Notes under the pieces: model-generated
What the model saw: only the letters and a program-made list of their open reading frames with translations
Databases searched by the model: none
What the model was told of the DNA's origin: nothing
Program-made: the position numbers and the translations under genes
In this document: positions 13,101 to 24,540 of the stretch, one piece after another
Position numbering within the stretch: the first letter of the stretch is position 1
Layout of the letters: the number at the start of each line of letters is the position of its first letter
DNA from: Lama guanicoe
Taxonomy: Eukaryota
DNA: 64,000 nt
Direction: 5' to 3'
NCBI GenBank assembly: GCA_013239625.1
Contig: MU053934.1
Coordinates: 8,391,352-8,455,351, forward strand

Positions 13101-13809
13101 CTGCTCAGTGCCTGGATTAAAGGGCTGGCCCCAGGCCTCAGTTCAGGCTGCGTCTGCAGGGCCCTGCTGGCTCCGGGGCTCCCCCCGTCAGCCCCACTGC
13201 CGACCAGCCCTCCTCTGCCGCCCGCATCCCTCACTCCAGCGGCCTTGAGAGCCCCCTCAATCAGCTCCGCACACAGGAGACCAGCCTGAGGAAGTGACCG
13301 ATTTATTATCGTCCAGGTCCTTCCACTTGGAAACCCAGAGGCCTCCTATCCCTGGGGAGGGGGAGACGCGCGTCGCAGCACAGAATTGGGCAGGTTTGGC
13401 TGCACTTAAACAACCCCGACTGTGTTGCAGCGAGAAACCTTATATCTCGTTCTCGTTCATCAAAGCTGTGGCTCGGCTGGAATGGACTCCACGTGTCTTC
13501 TCCCTCCCGAGCCCAGGAGGAGGGGCAGCCGCCATCCAGGACTGGACAAGCTGTTCTTGTGGTGGAGGGGAGGGGCAGGGCAGGAATGGGGAGGGCAAAC
13601 CAGCGGAGACCATTTAAGCTACCGCTCAGGCAGGGCTAGGTCCACCGGCCAAGCCCCCGGGCAGGGGAAGGACAGGAGGGAGCCAGTGATTGTGACCACA
13701 CCCTCTTAAGGCCTCACCATCAAAATTCAAACCCATAACATAATGCAATGCGGCCCTTGCCATCCTTGTCATGGTTCTCTTCACCTATCAATTTAGCAGA
13801 GACGGGAGA

Positions 13810-14050
13810 AACATTTACAGTGTTGGCTGAGCGCTGGAGGTCAGGCTTGTATCCTTTTAATAGGAACATAACTTGGTCAATCTCTCTGGAGGGCGATTTG
13901 GCAATGTTTTATGAAGCCACAGGAAAATGCTCACGTCACTCACCTGGTATCACCCCTCCTGGAATTTAATCAGACGGAAGCACAAATGTTTCCACGGGAG
14001 GGACCTTACAACCAGGTCACAGACAGTAGGTAGGAAATGGTATATTCCGC
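13810..14050 (+). mobile_element. Ancient L1M remnant
   Basis: tctggagggcgatttggcaat...cctcctggaatttaatc. Confidence 0.6.
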
Positions 14051-14439
14051 CACACTCTCCCTGCCCTCGCCCCACCCTTGCCACAGCTCCGGGTGGGTGG
14101 AGTCAGTGTCTGCTTCACTGAGTCCGGGCTGGGGCTGAGGCTGGCTTCGAGCCCTGGAATGTGGTGGAAGTGAAAGGGCTGGGGTGGCAGCAGCGGGAGG
14201 CATCCCAGGGTTCGGATCCCCGCTGCTCCCCTGCCGGGTGGCTGCGGTCCTTCCTCCTGGGCTCTGAAATGAGAGGAGAGGCCGGTGGGGCAGAGCTGAG
14301 CCCACCCACAGCCCAGGGACGAGTCTAACCCTTGTTGAAAGCCCCTGAGAGGTTTGGGCTGTTTATTACACAGCACTATGACAGCCAATAAAATGGGGGA
14401 AAGTTTTAAACGACCTAGAAAGAGTAGAAAAACATATTT

Positions 14440-14650
14440 TAAGTGCTCCCTGTGTTCCGGGCACTTGGCAAGTGCTTTACAAATAACAGCTCAGTTCTTG
14501 CTCAGAGCAACCTCCCGTGGGCTGTGCAATTTTTTAACTTAATTTTACAGATGTGAAAACGGAGGCCCCAAGAGATCAAAGAACTCGTCCACGATTGATC
14601 ACTCGAAGCTGGTAAGGCCCAGATCTGAACCCATGCGGCTTGGCCCACAC
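14440..14650 (-). mobile_element. MIR SINE
   Basis: ttttacagatgtgaaaacggaggccc (MIR core, antisense). Confidence 0.75.
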
Positions 14651-14749
14651 CAATCACAGAGGTTTGCTTACATAAGCCATAAACTATCCAGACAACCGTT
14701 TGCAGCCATTAAGGAGAACTGGACACAATTGAAATGACCAGATCTCGCC

Positions 14750-15015
14750 CTTTCCTGCCGCGGGAACGCCCACGTGGACGGCATCGGCTCGCCCCTCCCC
14801 GCCATGAGCGCACCCACCCAGCGGGGCGTGGCCTGCGCTTCCGGTCACGTGATCAACACCCCACCCACCCCCCTCGGAGCACCTGCGTCTGCCGGCGACC
14901 CGGAGCCCACGCTGACCGATGAGGAAGGTCATGCAGCCTCCAGGGCATCAGTGCTTAAACAGGTCACAGGTGCCAGCCGAGGGCGAGCCTCTGCGTAGAG
15001 GCGGGTCGCGTCCTT
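14750..15015. promoter_or_regulatory. Small CpG-rich promoter-like element (E2F-like, E-box x2, YY1 core, SP/KLF, ETS)
   Basis: GCGGGAA 14760; CACGTG 14771; CCGCCAT 14799; GGGGCGTGGCC 14823; CTTCCGG 14838 abutting GTCACGTGAT 14844. Confidence 0.65.
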
Positions 15016-15159
15016 CTGAAGGGTATTATTTCCTGATGCAGAGAAGAAGCTATACGTGGGGGGAACAGAAATCCCAAAACCGGGAGAAGGGAAGGAAGGA
15101 AGGAGGCAGGGAGGGAGGGAGGGAAGGAGAGACGGAGAGAGAGAATGGAGGAAGAAGCC

Positions 15160-15780
15160 CAGCGGCAGTCTGGCGCGGTTGGGTCCCTCCGCCTGTCGGC
15201 CTTGCGTGTGAATGTCGTCCTAGTGTCCGCTCCCTCCGCCCGGCGCGTTTTGCTCCACGTTGTTTGTGAGCGTCGTCGTGGCTGCCGCTTGTCTGTTTGT
15301 TCTTGTTCTCGCTGCTGTGAAAACCCACTGTGTGAGCATCCCAGGTTGCTTCATCCATCCACTGTGATGGACGTCTGCGTGGTTTCCAGTTTGCGGCCCT
15401 CACAAACCTCCAGAATTTCTCTCTGCATCCATGCTGGGCACCTGTGCACATTTCGCCGTGTCTACACCGAGGAGCAGGATTTCTGGGTCCTGTGGGGGCC
15501 TAGGTTCAGCTCGGGAGACGTTGCCAGCAGTTTCCAAAGTGGCTGACCGGTTGCAATCCTGCCAGCATTGTATCTGTAGTTCAAGGGTGGATGCAAAGGA
15601 GGGAAGGGTGGGGACGAGGAGGGGCCTGGGGGCGGGGGCTCTCAGGTGTTAATGTTTCATTTCTGGATCTGGGTGCTGGGTTCATGGGTGTGTGCAAGAG
15701 GTGAACACTCATCCAGCTGTGCCCTTAGGATTTCTGCACTTTTCCATACATGTATTATACTTCAATAAAATGTTTCAGAA
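15160..15780. mobile_element. Two ancient L1M remnants (- then +), the first strongly GC-shifted
   Basis: catccactgtgatggacgtctgcgtggtttccagtttg (antisense L1ME); tgtattatacttcaataaaa (L1 3' end). Confidence 0.65.
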
Positions 15781-16278
15781 AAATATTTCTATAAACATAT
15801 GTATATATATACACATATGCACGTGTGAATCAAATGTCTCCGCATCCTCTAGCTAATGTGGTCACCTTTGCCTTTAATATTCAAAGATCTGCAGGTCACT
15901 TGATCGTGCCAGGCACTGTGAACCCAGCAGTATCCCCGTCAATCTCGGTCCTGCTGGTGACAGAGAAAATTCATAAGCAGTGACCAGAGGACACATCTCC
16001 AAGGACTGATGTGACCTGTGCTCTGAAAGGACAGGGTGCTTCCAGCAAGGAATGAGGAGCAAGTGCTCGCTGAGTCGGGGCATCTGGGAAGAGCTGTCCT
16101 AGAGGGGCTGCGGAGTTCGGGGCAAGGAGGGAGTGTAGGGTGACGGCTGCCCTGGCAGTGGGAACACGCAAGGACCAGCAGGGAGGTGGGGACCAGGACA
16201 GAGAGAAAGGGGGTCAGTGGAACCAGGTGAGACGATGGGGCAGGAGGGGCCTGCCAGGCACTTGGGCCAAGACAGCTG

Positions 16279-16390
16279 GAGCACAGAGGAGCACAGAGGA
16301 GCAAGGAGAGCAGAGACAAGAACAGAGGAGCAGAGAAGAGCACAGAGGAGCAGAGAAGAGCACAGAGGAGCAGGGAGCAGGGGGAACAGG
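16279..16390. repeat. Degenerate 10-bp tandem repeat (GAGCACAGAG-like)
   Basis: Direct; accounts for the low-complexity ORFs at 15939-16640. Confidence 0.9.
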
Positions 16391-16984
16391 GAGGATCAGG
16401 GGGAGCGCAGAAGAGCTGGAGTCCAGTTCTAACAGCAGCAGTCAGCCACTGAGTGTTCAGGCGAGAGGGTGGCACCAGAATGTAGAGGTGGCAGCCTGGT
16501 CTTCTCAGGATGGCCCCACTCACCTGCAGGATCCCCACCCACCCCCTGCCTGCCCCGAATTCCTGGTCAGCCACACTCACATTCACACGCCCCTGGAAGG
16601 AGCTACTTCAAAATGCTTATCCTCATTAATCTGGGGTTAAGGACAATTTAATGTGCTTCTGAATATGAGGTTACCCCCCAATTCTCTGCAATTAGTGTTT
16701 TGATTATGCATTACATTACATACAAATACGCATTAATTACGTAATTAACACATACTTTTAAATTATTTTAAATTATTCATTCAAAGGAGGATTTTAGAAG
16801 ATGTACCAGTTAGCGTTGAGTATCATGCCCCAGTCCCACCCCAGGGGTCCAGGGAGGACCACCTAAGAGGAACCAGGCTGGGGGCTGCAGGACCCCCTGA
16901 GAGAAGAGGCACGTGTCCCCCAGCCCCCCAGCCCCCCACTGAAGACGTGTGCTGTTTGTGTTCATCAGGGTCCCCCCCTTCGGG

Positions 16985-17600
16985 GAACTGCGCACATCCT
17001 TTCCCAGATGACTTCCTGCACACCTGGTCACTCCCCCACATCACCTGGGAGCCTCAGATTCCCCCTCCGTAAAATGGGGTGGATTACTGTGGGGACTCAG
17101 CGAGAATACCTGGAAGGCTCCCTGTGGAGGTGGCCCCTGGGCAGCCTCGAGACGCTCCCATTCCCAGCAGCGAGCTGCACCCGGGCGCCCGGGCCCCGCC
17201 GGCCGCCTCTCCTGCACGGGAGGGATGCTGCGCGCTCGCGCCTCCCGGGTGCAGGGCCCGTCCTCACTGGCTGTCCTTGCAGGTTCCCTGAGCGGACGCG
17301 GGGCTCTGGGCCAGCGCCCCTGCGGGCTCCTGGGACACACCCACGAACAAAGGAGCAGGGGTCCCCGTCCTCAGAAGCTTGTCTCCCAGGAGGAAGACAA
17401 AGACGGCAAAGCCCGGGGAAGCCAGCGAGTCGGGGGCTCTGGTCAGGAGGAGAGGACGTAGCGGGGCAGGCGGGGTGCGCAGGCAGGAACAGTCCTCCGA
17501 CGGGGTGGGTGGGGGGCCCTGGGGCAGGAGAGTGAGCCTGCAGGCCGCCCAGGGAGCGCCGCCAGCCGCGAGGGGGCACAGACCTTCCCTCAGCCCCAGG
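16985..17600. promoter_or_regulatory. CpG-rich element with clustered TGCRCNC cores
   Basis: High CpG density at 17150-17580; six TGCRCNC matches. Confidence 0.4.
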
Positions 17601-18039
17601 AACCCGGTTCACTCTGACCACCTTTCCCTGTGTTCACGCACTTTGATCCCAAAATTCAGGCTTCAGCCAAGTGGGGGTTATTACTAGGGTGCTGGGGAGG
17701 GTCGGGACAGCCAGAGGAAGGCCTGGAAGGGGAGGCTGGGCTCCATGGGGCTTCCTCCGTTTCTCTGCCTCTCAGTCTGAACCACTGATGTCTGTCTGGG
17801 TGAGGGTGACGGGACCTAGGAGGTCCCATCCAGGTCGTGGTGCTATGGGCACCGGCCCCAGGCTGGGCAACTGTAGGCACCCTTGCCCCACTTCTTTGCT
17901 TTGACCTAACTTTTCTGTTCGTACCCTGCGAACCATTTTGAACAAGCCTATTTCGGAAACATCTATAAAACAGCAAATTGAGTGGAGTTATCTAATGGTC
18001 CAATTTCATCTTCACTAGAGCCTTGCAGGGAAGGCACTG

Positions 18040-18150
18040 TGTACACTTGCTGTGCAAACGAGGAAACCAAGGCTCAGAGAGGTGAACTGACTTTCCCAAA
18101 GACACACAGCAAGAAAGGGACAGAGCAGGATTCATACACAGTCTTTTCCG
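18040..18150 (-). mobile_element. MIR SINE
   Basis: gaggaaaccaaggctcagagaggtgaactgactttcccaa. Confidence 0.8.
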
Positions 18151-19199
18151 ACTCCAGATACGCGTGTGCACGCCTGCCTGTGTGTGCACGTGTGGGGGGG
18201 GGTTCTTTTTCCATATCAAACTAAATTTGTTCTTAGGGCTGCTTCAAAGCCTCTCTGGAACGTTAGGAAGAGTACCAATTATTCAATAAATAAATAAAAG
18301 CGCGACAATGTCTGGAGCCATGATGACCAGCCATCTGGGGCCCACGTTTAGGCAGAACCCACACTTGAGTTCCCCGCTGACGGCAGAGTGCAATCTCCCA
18401 TCTTCAGCAAAAAGCCCCAAATGTCAAAACCTGATTTTAATTAGCAGAACTCTTCGGTCGCTCGCGGCGCCGGGATCCATCTGGAGCACGAGAGGCAACA
18501 GCTGTTTGTTAGCTCAACAGCCAGAGGCAAGCGTGGCCGGGCTCCTCCCACATCCGTCCTCAGGGGGATGCGACTTCCCGGGAGGGAGGGGAGTAGCCAG
18601 GCTCCCTGCACCCCTGCCCCCGGGGCCGCGCTCAGCAGGAGCATCACCCAGCCATGGGGCGTGCGGCGGCCCAGATGCTGGAGACCTTCAGTGCTGACAA
18701 AGGGAGTGTGTCGCTGGGGGGACAGCAGCTGATACCTGAGCTCATGTTATTGGCTCACAGTTGAGGAAGTTTCCATCAGTGTCCCTCTTGGTGGCCCTCT
18801 GGAAGGACCCAATTATCCCAGATCTGGTCCAGGCTGTTCCTTGGCCTCCTGAAACCCCATTCTTGTTAAAAGCGTCTGACAGCAGTTTGTCACCCGGCAG
18901 CTGCCAGGGACTGAACAGGCAGTTGAAAAATGCTCCTTTTCAATGCCAATTAGAAGGTCGTCACCAGCGGGACTTGAAATCTGTGTTTGCCCATCAAGAA
19001 TTCACATTCATGCTGTTATTTCCTCAAGTTGGTCTCCACTGAAGGGGGAGGCGGGTGGGTTAAATATACGAGAGAGCTCTCCAGATGATTCACAGGATGT
19101 TAGTTTTGACTCACTCACAGGCTCTGCTCAAAGCATTATACACACATCACTTACCTCTCCCGGCAACGCTAACAGGTAAGGAGCGTTGCTTCTCACTCC

Positions 19200-19320
19200 C
19201 TTCCCACTTACAAAAGGAGAAACCGAGGCACAGAGAAGGGAAGTCTCATGTCCAGCATTGTGTACCTAGTAAGTAGCAGAGCAAGGATTTGAACGCTGGT
19301 GACCAGACCCTGGAACCCAA
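19200..19320 (-). mobile_element. MIR SINE
   Basis: ggagaaaccgaggcacagagaaggg...ggatttgaac. Confidence 0.75.
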
Positions 19321-19759
19321 GGACAACCAGGACACACCCCATGGCCTTTGCACCTGCCACTGCTGCCTTCACTGGTCCACCAGGCCAACCTGCTCAGCTT
19401 CACGACAGCTCAGAACTGATGTCTTCAGGAGAGGCTTCTGGGAGGTCTCAGGGATTGGAGCTCCCACCTCTCAACCTTCCGTGTTCACCTTGCTGCACCC
19501 CATGCCCAGCCCCACCCAGCCTAGTTCATCTCTGATTATTCAGGGTGGGGATTTAGAATGATTGTGGCGGGAAGGGAGTCACAGGAGAGGAAGGAAAGAG
19601 GCATGGTACCCCCAGGTGCGGTGTTCTTGGAGCTGAGCAGCCATTGGCCACCAGCTCGTTCCACCCCAGCCTCAGCTCCTACGCACAGCCTCCAAGCCAT
19701 CCTGACCAGGCAGGACTGTCCCCTGGAGCATAAAGACAATGATGACAAGAGTTAACCTC

Positions 19760-19960
19760 AGTGGACCACTTGCTATGTGCAGACACCATTCCAGTGTGTC
19801 TGATGTGTCAAGTCACCCCCACAAGCCAGGCAGGACCACTGTCCCTACATTACAGAGGTAGCAGTGGAGACGCAGAGAAGTTGAGTCACTTGCTCAGTGT
19901 CACGCAGCCAGGATTCAAGTCCCAGGATGACTGACTTGTGAGCCAGAGCACTTCACCGCT
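19760..19960 (-). mobile_element. MIR SINE
   Basis: cagagaagttgagtcacttgctcag...ggattcaagtcccagg. Confidence 0.7.
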
Positions 19961-20854
19961 GTTCTGGGAGGTTGGCGGCAGCAGGGTGAGACCCTCCACT
20001 GTCTGACAGCGATGTCTGTCTTCCCGCTCGGCCCCTCCACTGCCCCCCATTTCAAAAAGTCCTCCTGGAGGCTTTTGTTTCCCACCTGCCTCCTGCTCCT
20101 TCCTCCATCTCCATCAAGGAAGGCCTTGAACCTGGGGCCTCAGCTGGGGTGAGCCAGCTGCTGTAGGGGCAGGGGCTCTCTGGGCTTGCAACGGGGATTT
20201 AATGGGGGCCCTTACAGTGGGCAGCCCAGGGCCCGGCAGGGCAACGGGGCACTTCGTGGGCCAGAGAGGAGGGAACAGCCCGTGGGGGTCTGAACGGCCC
20301 GTCTCAGGCCTTGGCCCACGCAGGGGAGGAGGAAACCGGTGTTCAGCCTCCTTTCCTGACACACTCACATCTCAGCTGAACTCAGCCCGTGTGGGGGCTG
20401 GGAGAAGGCTCAGTGTCACAGTCCAGCCAGATCCCCGCCCTGCCAGGCAGGGTTGTCAGAGCCGCCTCCAATCCTGCAGCCTGGGCCCCTGCCCTGGCTT
20501 GGGCTGCGCTCTCCCTTTGCCTCCCATGGACTGCCTGGTTACACCTGCTCAGTACATCGATTCATCTCAGATGCCCCCTCCTGATTCCCAGGCACCACCC
20601 CTGGGCTCCCACAGCCCCGTCCTCCTCCCCTCTGTAAACCCAATGTGCACACAAGGTCATTGCCCGTCATCGCCCCTGTCTCCCCCTCCCAGCAAGGCAG
20701 CTAAGACTGAGAAAGGGCAGTGCAAAGTTGTAGGGCTTGAGGTCTGCAAAGGACCACGGCCAGGGACTAGGTTTGATTTTTTCTTAGCATCCTTAGGGTG
20801 TGGTACAGAATGGACACAAGTATTTGTGGGAGGGAGAAGGGGAGGAAGGAGGAG

Positions 20855-20955
20855 AGATGGATGGGTAGGTGGGTGGGAGGGTGGGTGGATGGATGGATGG
20901 ATAAGATGTGGGGGGGAGTGTGAGTGGATGGATGGATGAATGGGTGGGTGGGTGA
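20855..20955. repeat. (GGAT/GGGT)n low-complexity repeat
   Basis: Direct. Confidence 0.9.
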
Positions 20956-22454
20956 ATACAGGAATGTGTGGGAGGCAGGAATGGAGCTGACACCCTGTAC
21001 TTCAATACGAAATCAGCTTTGTTTCTTCCACAGCATGCTGACCCCTAATTCCCACCCTGCCCTGCCTCATAATGTTAGGAACCTTCTCTGGGCTCCCCCT
21101 CCCCTACCGAGTTCTCCTCTGCCACAGTCATGAGCACCTTCTCATTCTGCATGTGTGCCCTCACCCGACTTGAGACCCTGAGGGCAGGTCCTGTGGCACC
21201 ACAGATGTACATGGCTAGTGTCCTCATTTACCAGGTTTCTGTTCAGTACCACCCCCTTACAGGGGCCTCTGCCATCCTCACGGAGAGAGCTTGAAACTGT
21301 GCCCAAAATACAGTAGAAACTCAGCTGGTGGTGGCTCCTGTTATGCCCTTCATTTACAGAGTGTTTTGGCAGCACTGGGAGTGAGGGACTATCTGCTTGG
21401 GGGAACTGGGAGGTTTCACAAAGGAAGGAGCATTTGTGGGTTTTGAAGGCTGCATAGGAGTTGGCCTGATCAGGAAGGAAGACCTCACAATTCCAGCATC
21501 AGCTCAGGTATTTGTTAACAGAAAGCAGAATGGAAGAGCTGAATGCAAAGTAGGGAAAGGTTTGAAGGTAAACATAAGAAAGGAGGTCGGTATTGACGGA
21601 AGGGACACAAGGGCCCGGGAAGGAGTTTCTCCAGAATATCTTAAGCTGAGGGCGTGCTTCCCTGTGGAGCCGGGCTGGTAGCAGAGCTGGGGGAGACAAA
21701 GGCCACTCATGCGCCTACGCGGGGCCCACCCGGGCATGGCACACCCTAGATGCTGTGGAGGGCACACACATGCAGGCAAATGTGCTCAGAGGAGCTGGGG
21801 TTCTCTGGTTCTAGGCAGTGGCTTCACCGGCCAGAGCCAGCAGGGACCAGTCCCACCTGGTCTTGTCCTCCAGTCGGCCCAGAACTGCCAACATCAGAGC
21901 AGCAGTCTCAGAAGGATTTTTCATGAAAACTAGGTCATTTTGGAAACAAAAGTGCTCCGCTAGCCTCAGATCCTTTGTGGCCCAAGACTGCAGAGGTGCA
22001 AACGCTTCACTCTGCAGGCAGCCTGAAGCCTGCCGGCTGGGGCAGGGGCCACAGGGGCTGAGCCCTGGTGCAGGTGGGGAGGCGGGAGGCAGGCCCAACG
22101 GGGCTCTGTTCTGCTTCCCGGCCTGGGCCCCTGGGAGCAGCCCCTCACCCACCGCAGCAGAGGCCAGCCTCAGCTTCCTCCCTGCTGCCTGGCTCCCAAG
22201 ACTCTCAGGTGCTACTTGCTGCCCCCTCGTGTCCGCTCTGCCCACAGTGCGATGTGTCCATCTCCGGTACCTTCTCAGGCTCAGCCTTTCCTCAGCCAGA
22301 TGCAGCAGAGCCTCTGAGCCTCGGCCTCTGCTCTGAACCTGAACAGATGGGCAGAATCCACGTGCCCACAAACTAGGGGGACGAGCTTGAATGCTTGGAA
22401 ACATCCCCTTCCCTGCTTGTAACCCGAGTCCCTGGGCAGCAGTGACAACTATGG

Positions 22455-22650
22455 AGTAAGACTCATCTCGGTTTGAATGACCACCATGCCACTGACCAGC
22501 CTTGTGACCTTGGGCAAATAATGTCACCTCCTGGAGCCTCCATTTGCTCATCTGTAAAATGGGCACGCAGGGTGCTTCCCTTACGGCACTGCTGTGCGGA
22601 TTAAGTTGGAGGCTGTCGACTCCCTGACACGCAGGAAGCCCTCAGTCAGG
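22455..22650 (+). mobile_element. MIR SINE
   Basis: tgtgaccttgggcaa...gagcctccatttgctcatctgtaaaatggg. Confidence 0.85.
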
Positions 22651-22817
22651 GCTGCCATCTTTCCAGAAGCATCCTTGGCCAACGTGCACCCAACACTCAG
22701 CCTACACATCGCTGCGTCCGCACAGCCCTGCCTGGCGCTCCGCTCACTGCCCGCCCCCGTGTGAGGAGCCTTCTAATGAATTTTATTTTTACTATTTTAA
22801 GTTTTAAAATAAATAAT

Positions 22818-22907
22818 GCGAGGGAGGGCACAGCTCAGTGGTAGAGCGCATGCTTAGCATGCACGGGTCTTGGGTTCAATCCCCAGTGCCTCCATTTAAA
22901 AAAAAAA
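22818..22907 (+). mobile_element. tRNA-Ala-derived SINE (Vic-1-like, camelid)
   Basis: gggagggcacagctcagtggtagagcgcatgcttagcatgcacgggtcttgggttcaatccccagtgcctcca plus A tail. Confidence 0.88.
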
Positions 22908-23039
22908 GTAGTAAGAAAGCATAACCCCATTCGAACCCAAAGCGGCAGGCTGTAACCAAGGGAGCCCTCACATCTGTGTCCCAGCCCCGAGTGTAGTCGT
23001 TTCTATTCATTCCTTTCTGCATTTTTCCAAAGGGTTTCT

Positions 23040-23470
23040 TTATGCCAATGTAAGCGAGTCTCTATTCTCACGCAGGCTTCGCGTATCGCATACAGGCTGC
23101 CCTTGCCTTCCTCACTTAACAGCACATTCTGGAGCTCTTTCCTCGTCGGTTAATGGCCAGCTTTCCAATTTTTCCCAGCTGTGTGCTTCTGCACACTCCA
23201 TGCCACCGGTCCCGCGCCCCAGGCCCCTTGATGGACTCTGGGGCCGTTCCCAGTTTTTGCTGCTACAAGACACGCGGAGTGGGGGTCCCGGAGCCGGCCT
23301 GCATACGCGGGTGGGCTCTCTGGAGGACGGCTCCCCAGAAGTGGGGCTGCTGGGTCAGCGTACGTGCCCAGGGTAATTTGGGTGGATACTGCCCGATTCC
23401 CTTCCCAAGGGGACCGCCATCTCACGCTTGCAGTGCCCGCACAGAAGGGCATCTCTTCCCCAGATGCTGA
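23040..23470 (-). mobile_element. Ancient L1ME remnant, GC-shifted
   Basis: tctcacttaacagcacattctggagctc...ttgatggactctggggccgttcccagtttttgctg. Confidence 0.65.
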
Positions 23471-24129
23471 GGGCAGACATCCCCGCAGCACGTTAACCAC
23501 TGCAGCACAAGCACTTCCCGGGGCTGGGCTGGCCTGGGCCCCAGTGCACTCCGGGGAAAGTGCGACCTGAAGTTAGAGAATGGCTCAGAGGATTACAGAG
23601 CCTGGGCTCTGCTCCTGCCTCAGGCTTGCCTGATCCCACAGATGACCCTACCCCACCCCTACATGAAAGATCTGCCTCCCTTACCCCCCAGAAGTATCAG
23701 CCTCAGTCCGCCACCCGCCACCACTGTTCTCCACCCCCCACCCAGCCTGCCTGCTCCCAAGCCTTCTGCCCTGACCTCTTGACACAGCCTTGGTTTGCAC
23801 AGAGAGATTAAGTAACTTGCCCAAGGTCACACAGCTAGGAACCAGCAGAGCCTGGAAGGAAACAGAGCTAGCCTGGCCCCAGGGTCCCTCCTGTGCCCCT
23901 CCCATCATAAGCTCTGCTCTAGAGCCATTGGGTTGGAGGGGCCTGGGGACTCCCGGCTCCGTCACCAGTGGGGGAATGGGGATCTCTGGGAATGAATGGC
24001 AGACCTGGGGAGGAGGGACCAAGGCAAGGACATGAAACAGTGGGGGGCTGAACAGCAGAGACAAAGCCAGGATTTGAGACCCTGCAGACGTGGTCCTAGG
24101 ACTAAAGAGCTTTGTGCATTGGTGTCAGC

Positions 24130-24540
24130 CCCCTGCTGAAATCCTCCCAACAGCTCCACAAGGCTCCAGAGCAGCGTGCAAACTCGTTGTCCTGACATGC
24201 AAGTCTCAGGATCTGGCCCCCGCTTACACCTCCAGCCTCACATCCTAGACCACCCACAGCACACTTGCACTCTCACTGCCATCCAGAGGCAAGGATGAAT
24301 TTCACCCACCGCTTGGTGAACTCCTCCTCATCCTTTAAAACCCAGCTTGACCATCACCTCTCCTGTCACCCCAGGCTGCCGTCCTGGACCTGGGTTCCCA
24401 CAGCCTCCTTGTTCCTGAGAATGACCCCGCCTCCCGGCTGTCTGAGTGTCCATCCCCGCACAGCACGGGGACAGCTCGAGATTGCGTCCAGCTCATCTCT
24501 GTGTCCCCCAAGGCTAGTACAGGGCCTGGGCCACCCACAG
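24130..24540 (+). mobile_element. L2 remnant
   Basis: gtgaactcctcctcatcctttaaaacccagctt...catcacctcc. Confidence 0.6.

Noticed and set aside
15939..16640. 215-aa and 166-aa ORFs
   Set aside because: Produced by the 10-bp tandem repeat; low complexity
21811..22566. 251-aa minus ORF
   Set aside because: Starts inside a MIR; the rest has GC-rich random composition with no domain
22818..22894. Functional tRNA-Ala gene
   Set aside because: Extra 5' G-rich leader, A tail rather than a T terminator, and a diverged second copy indicate a SINE
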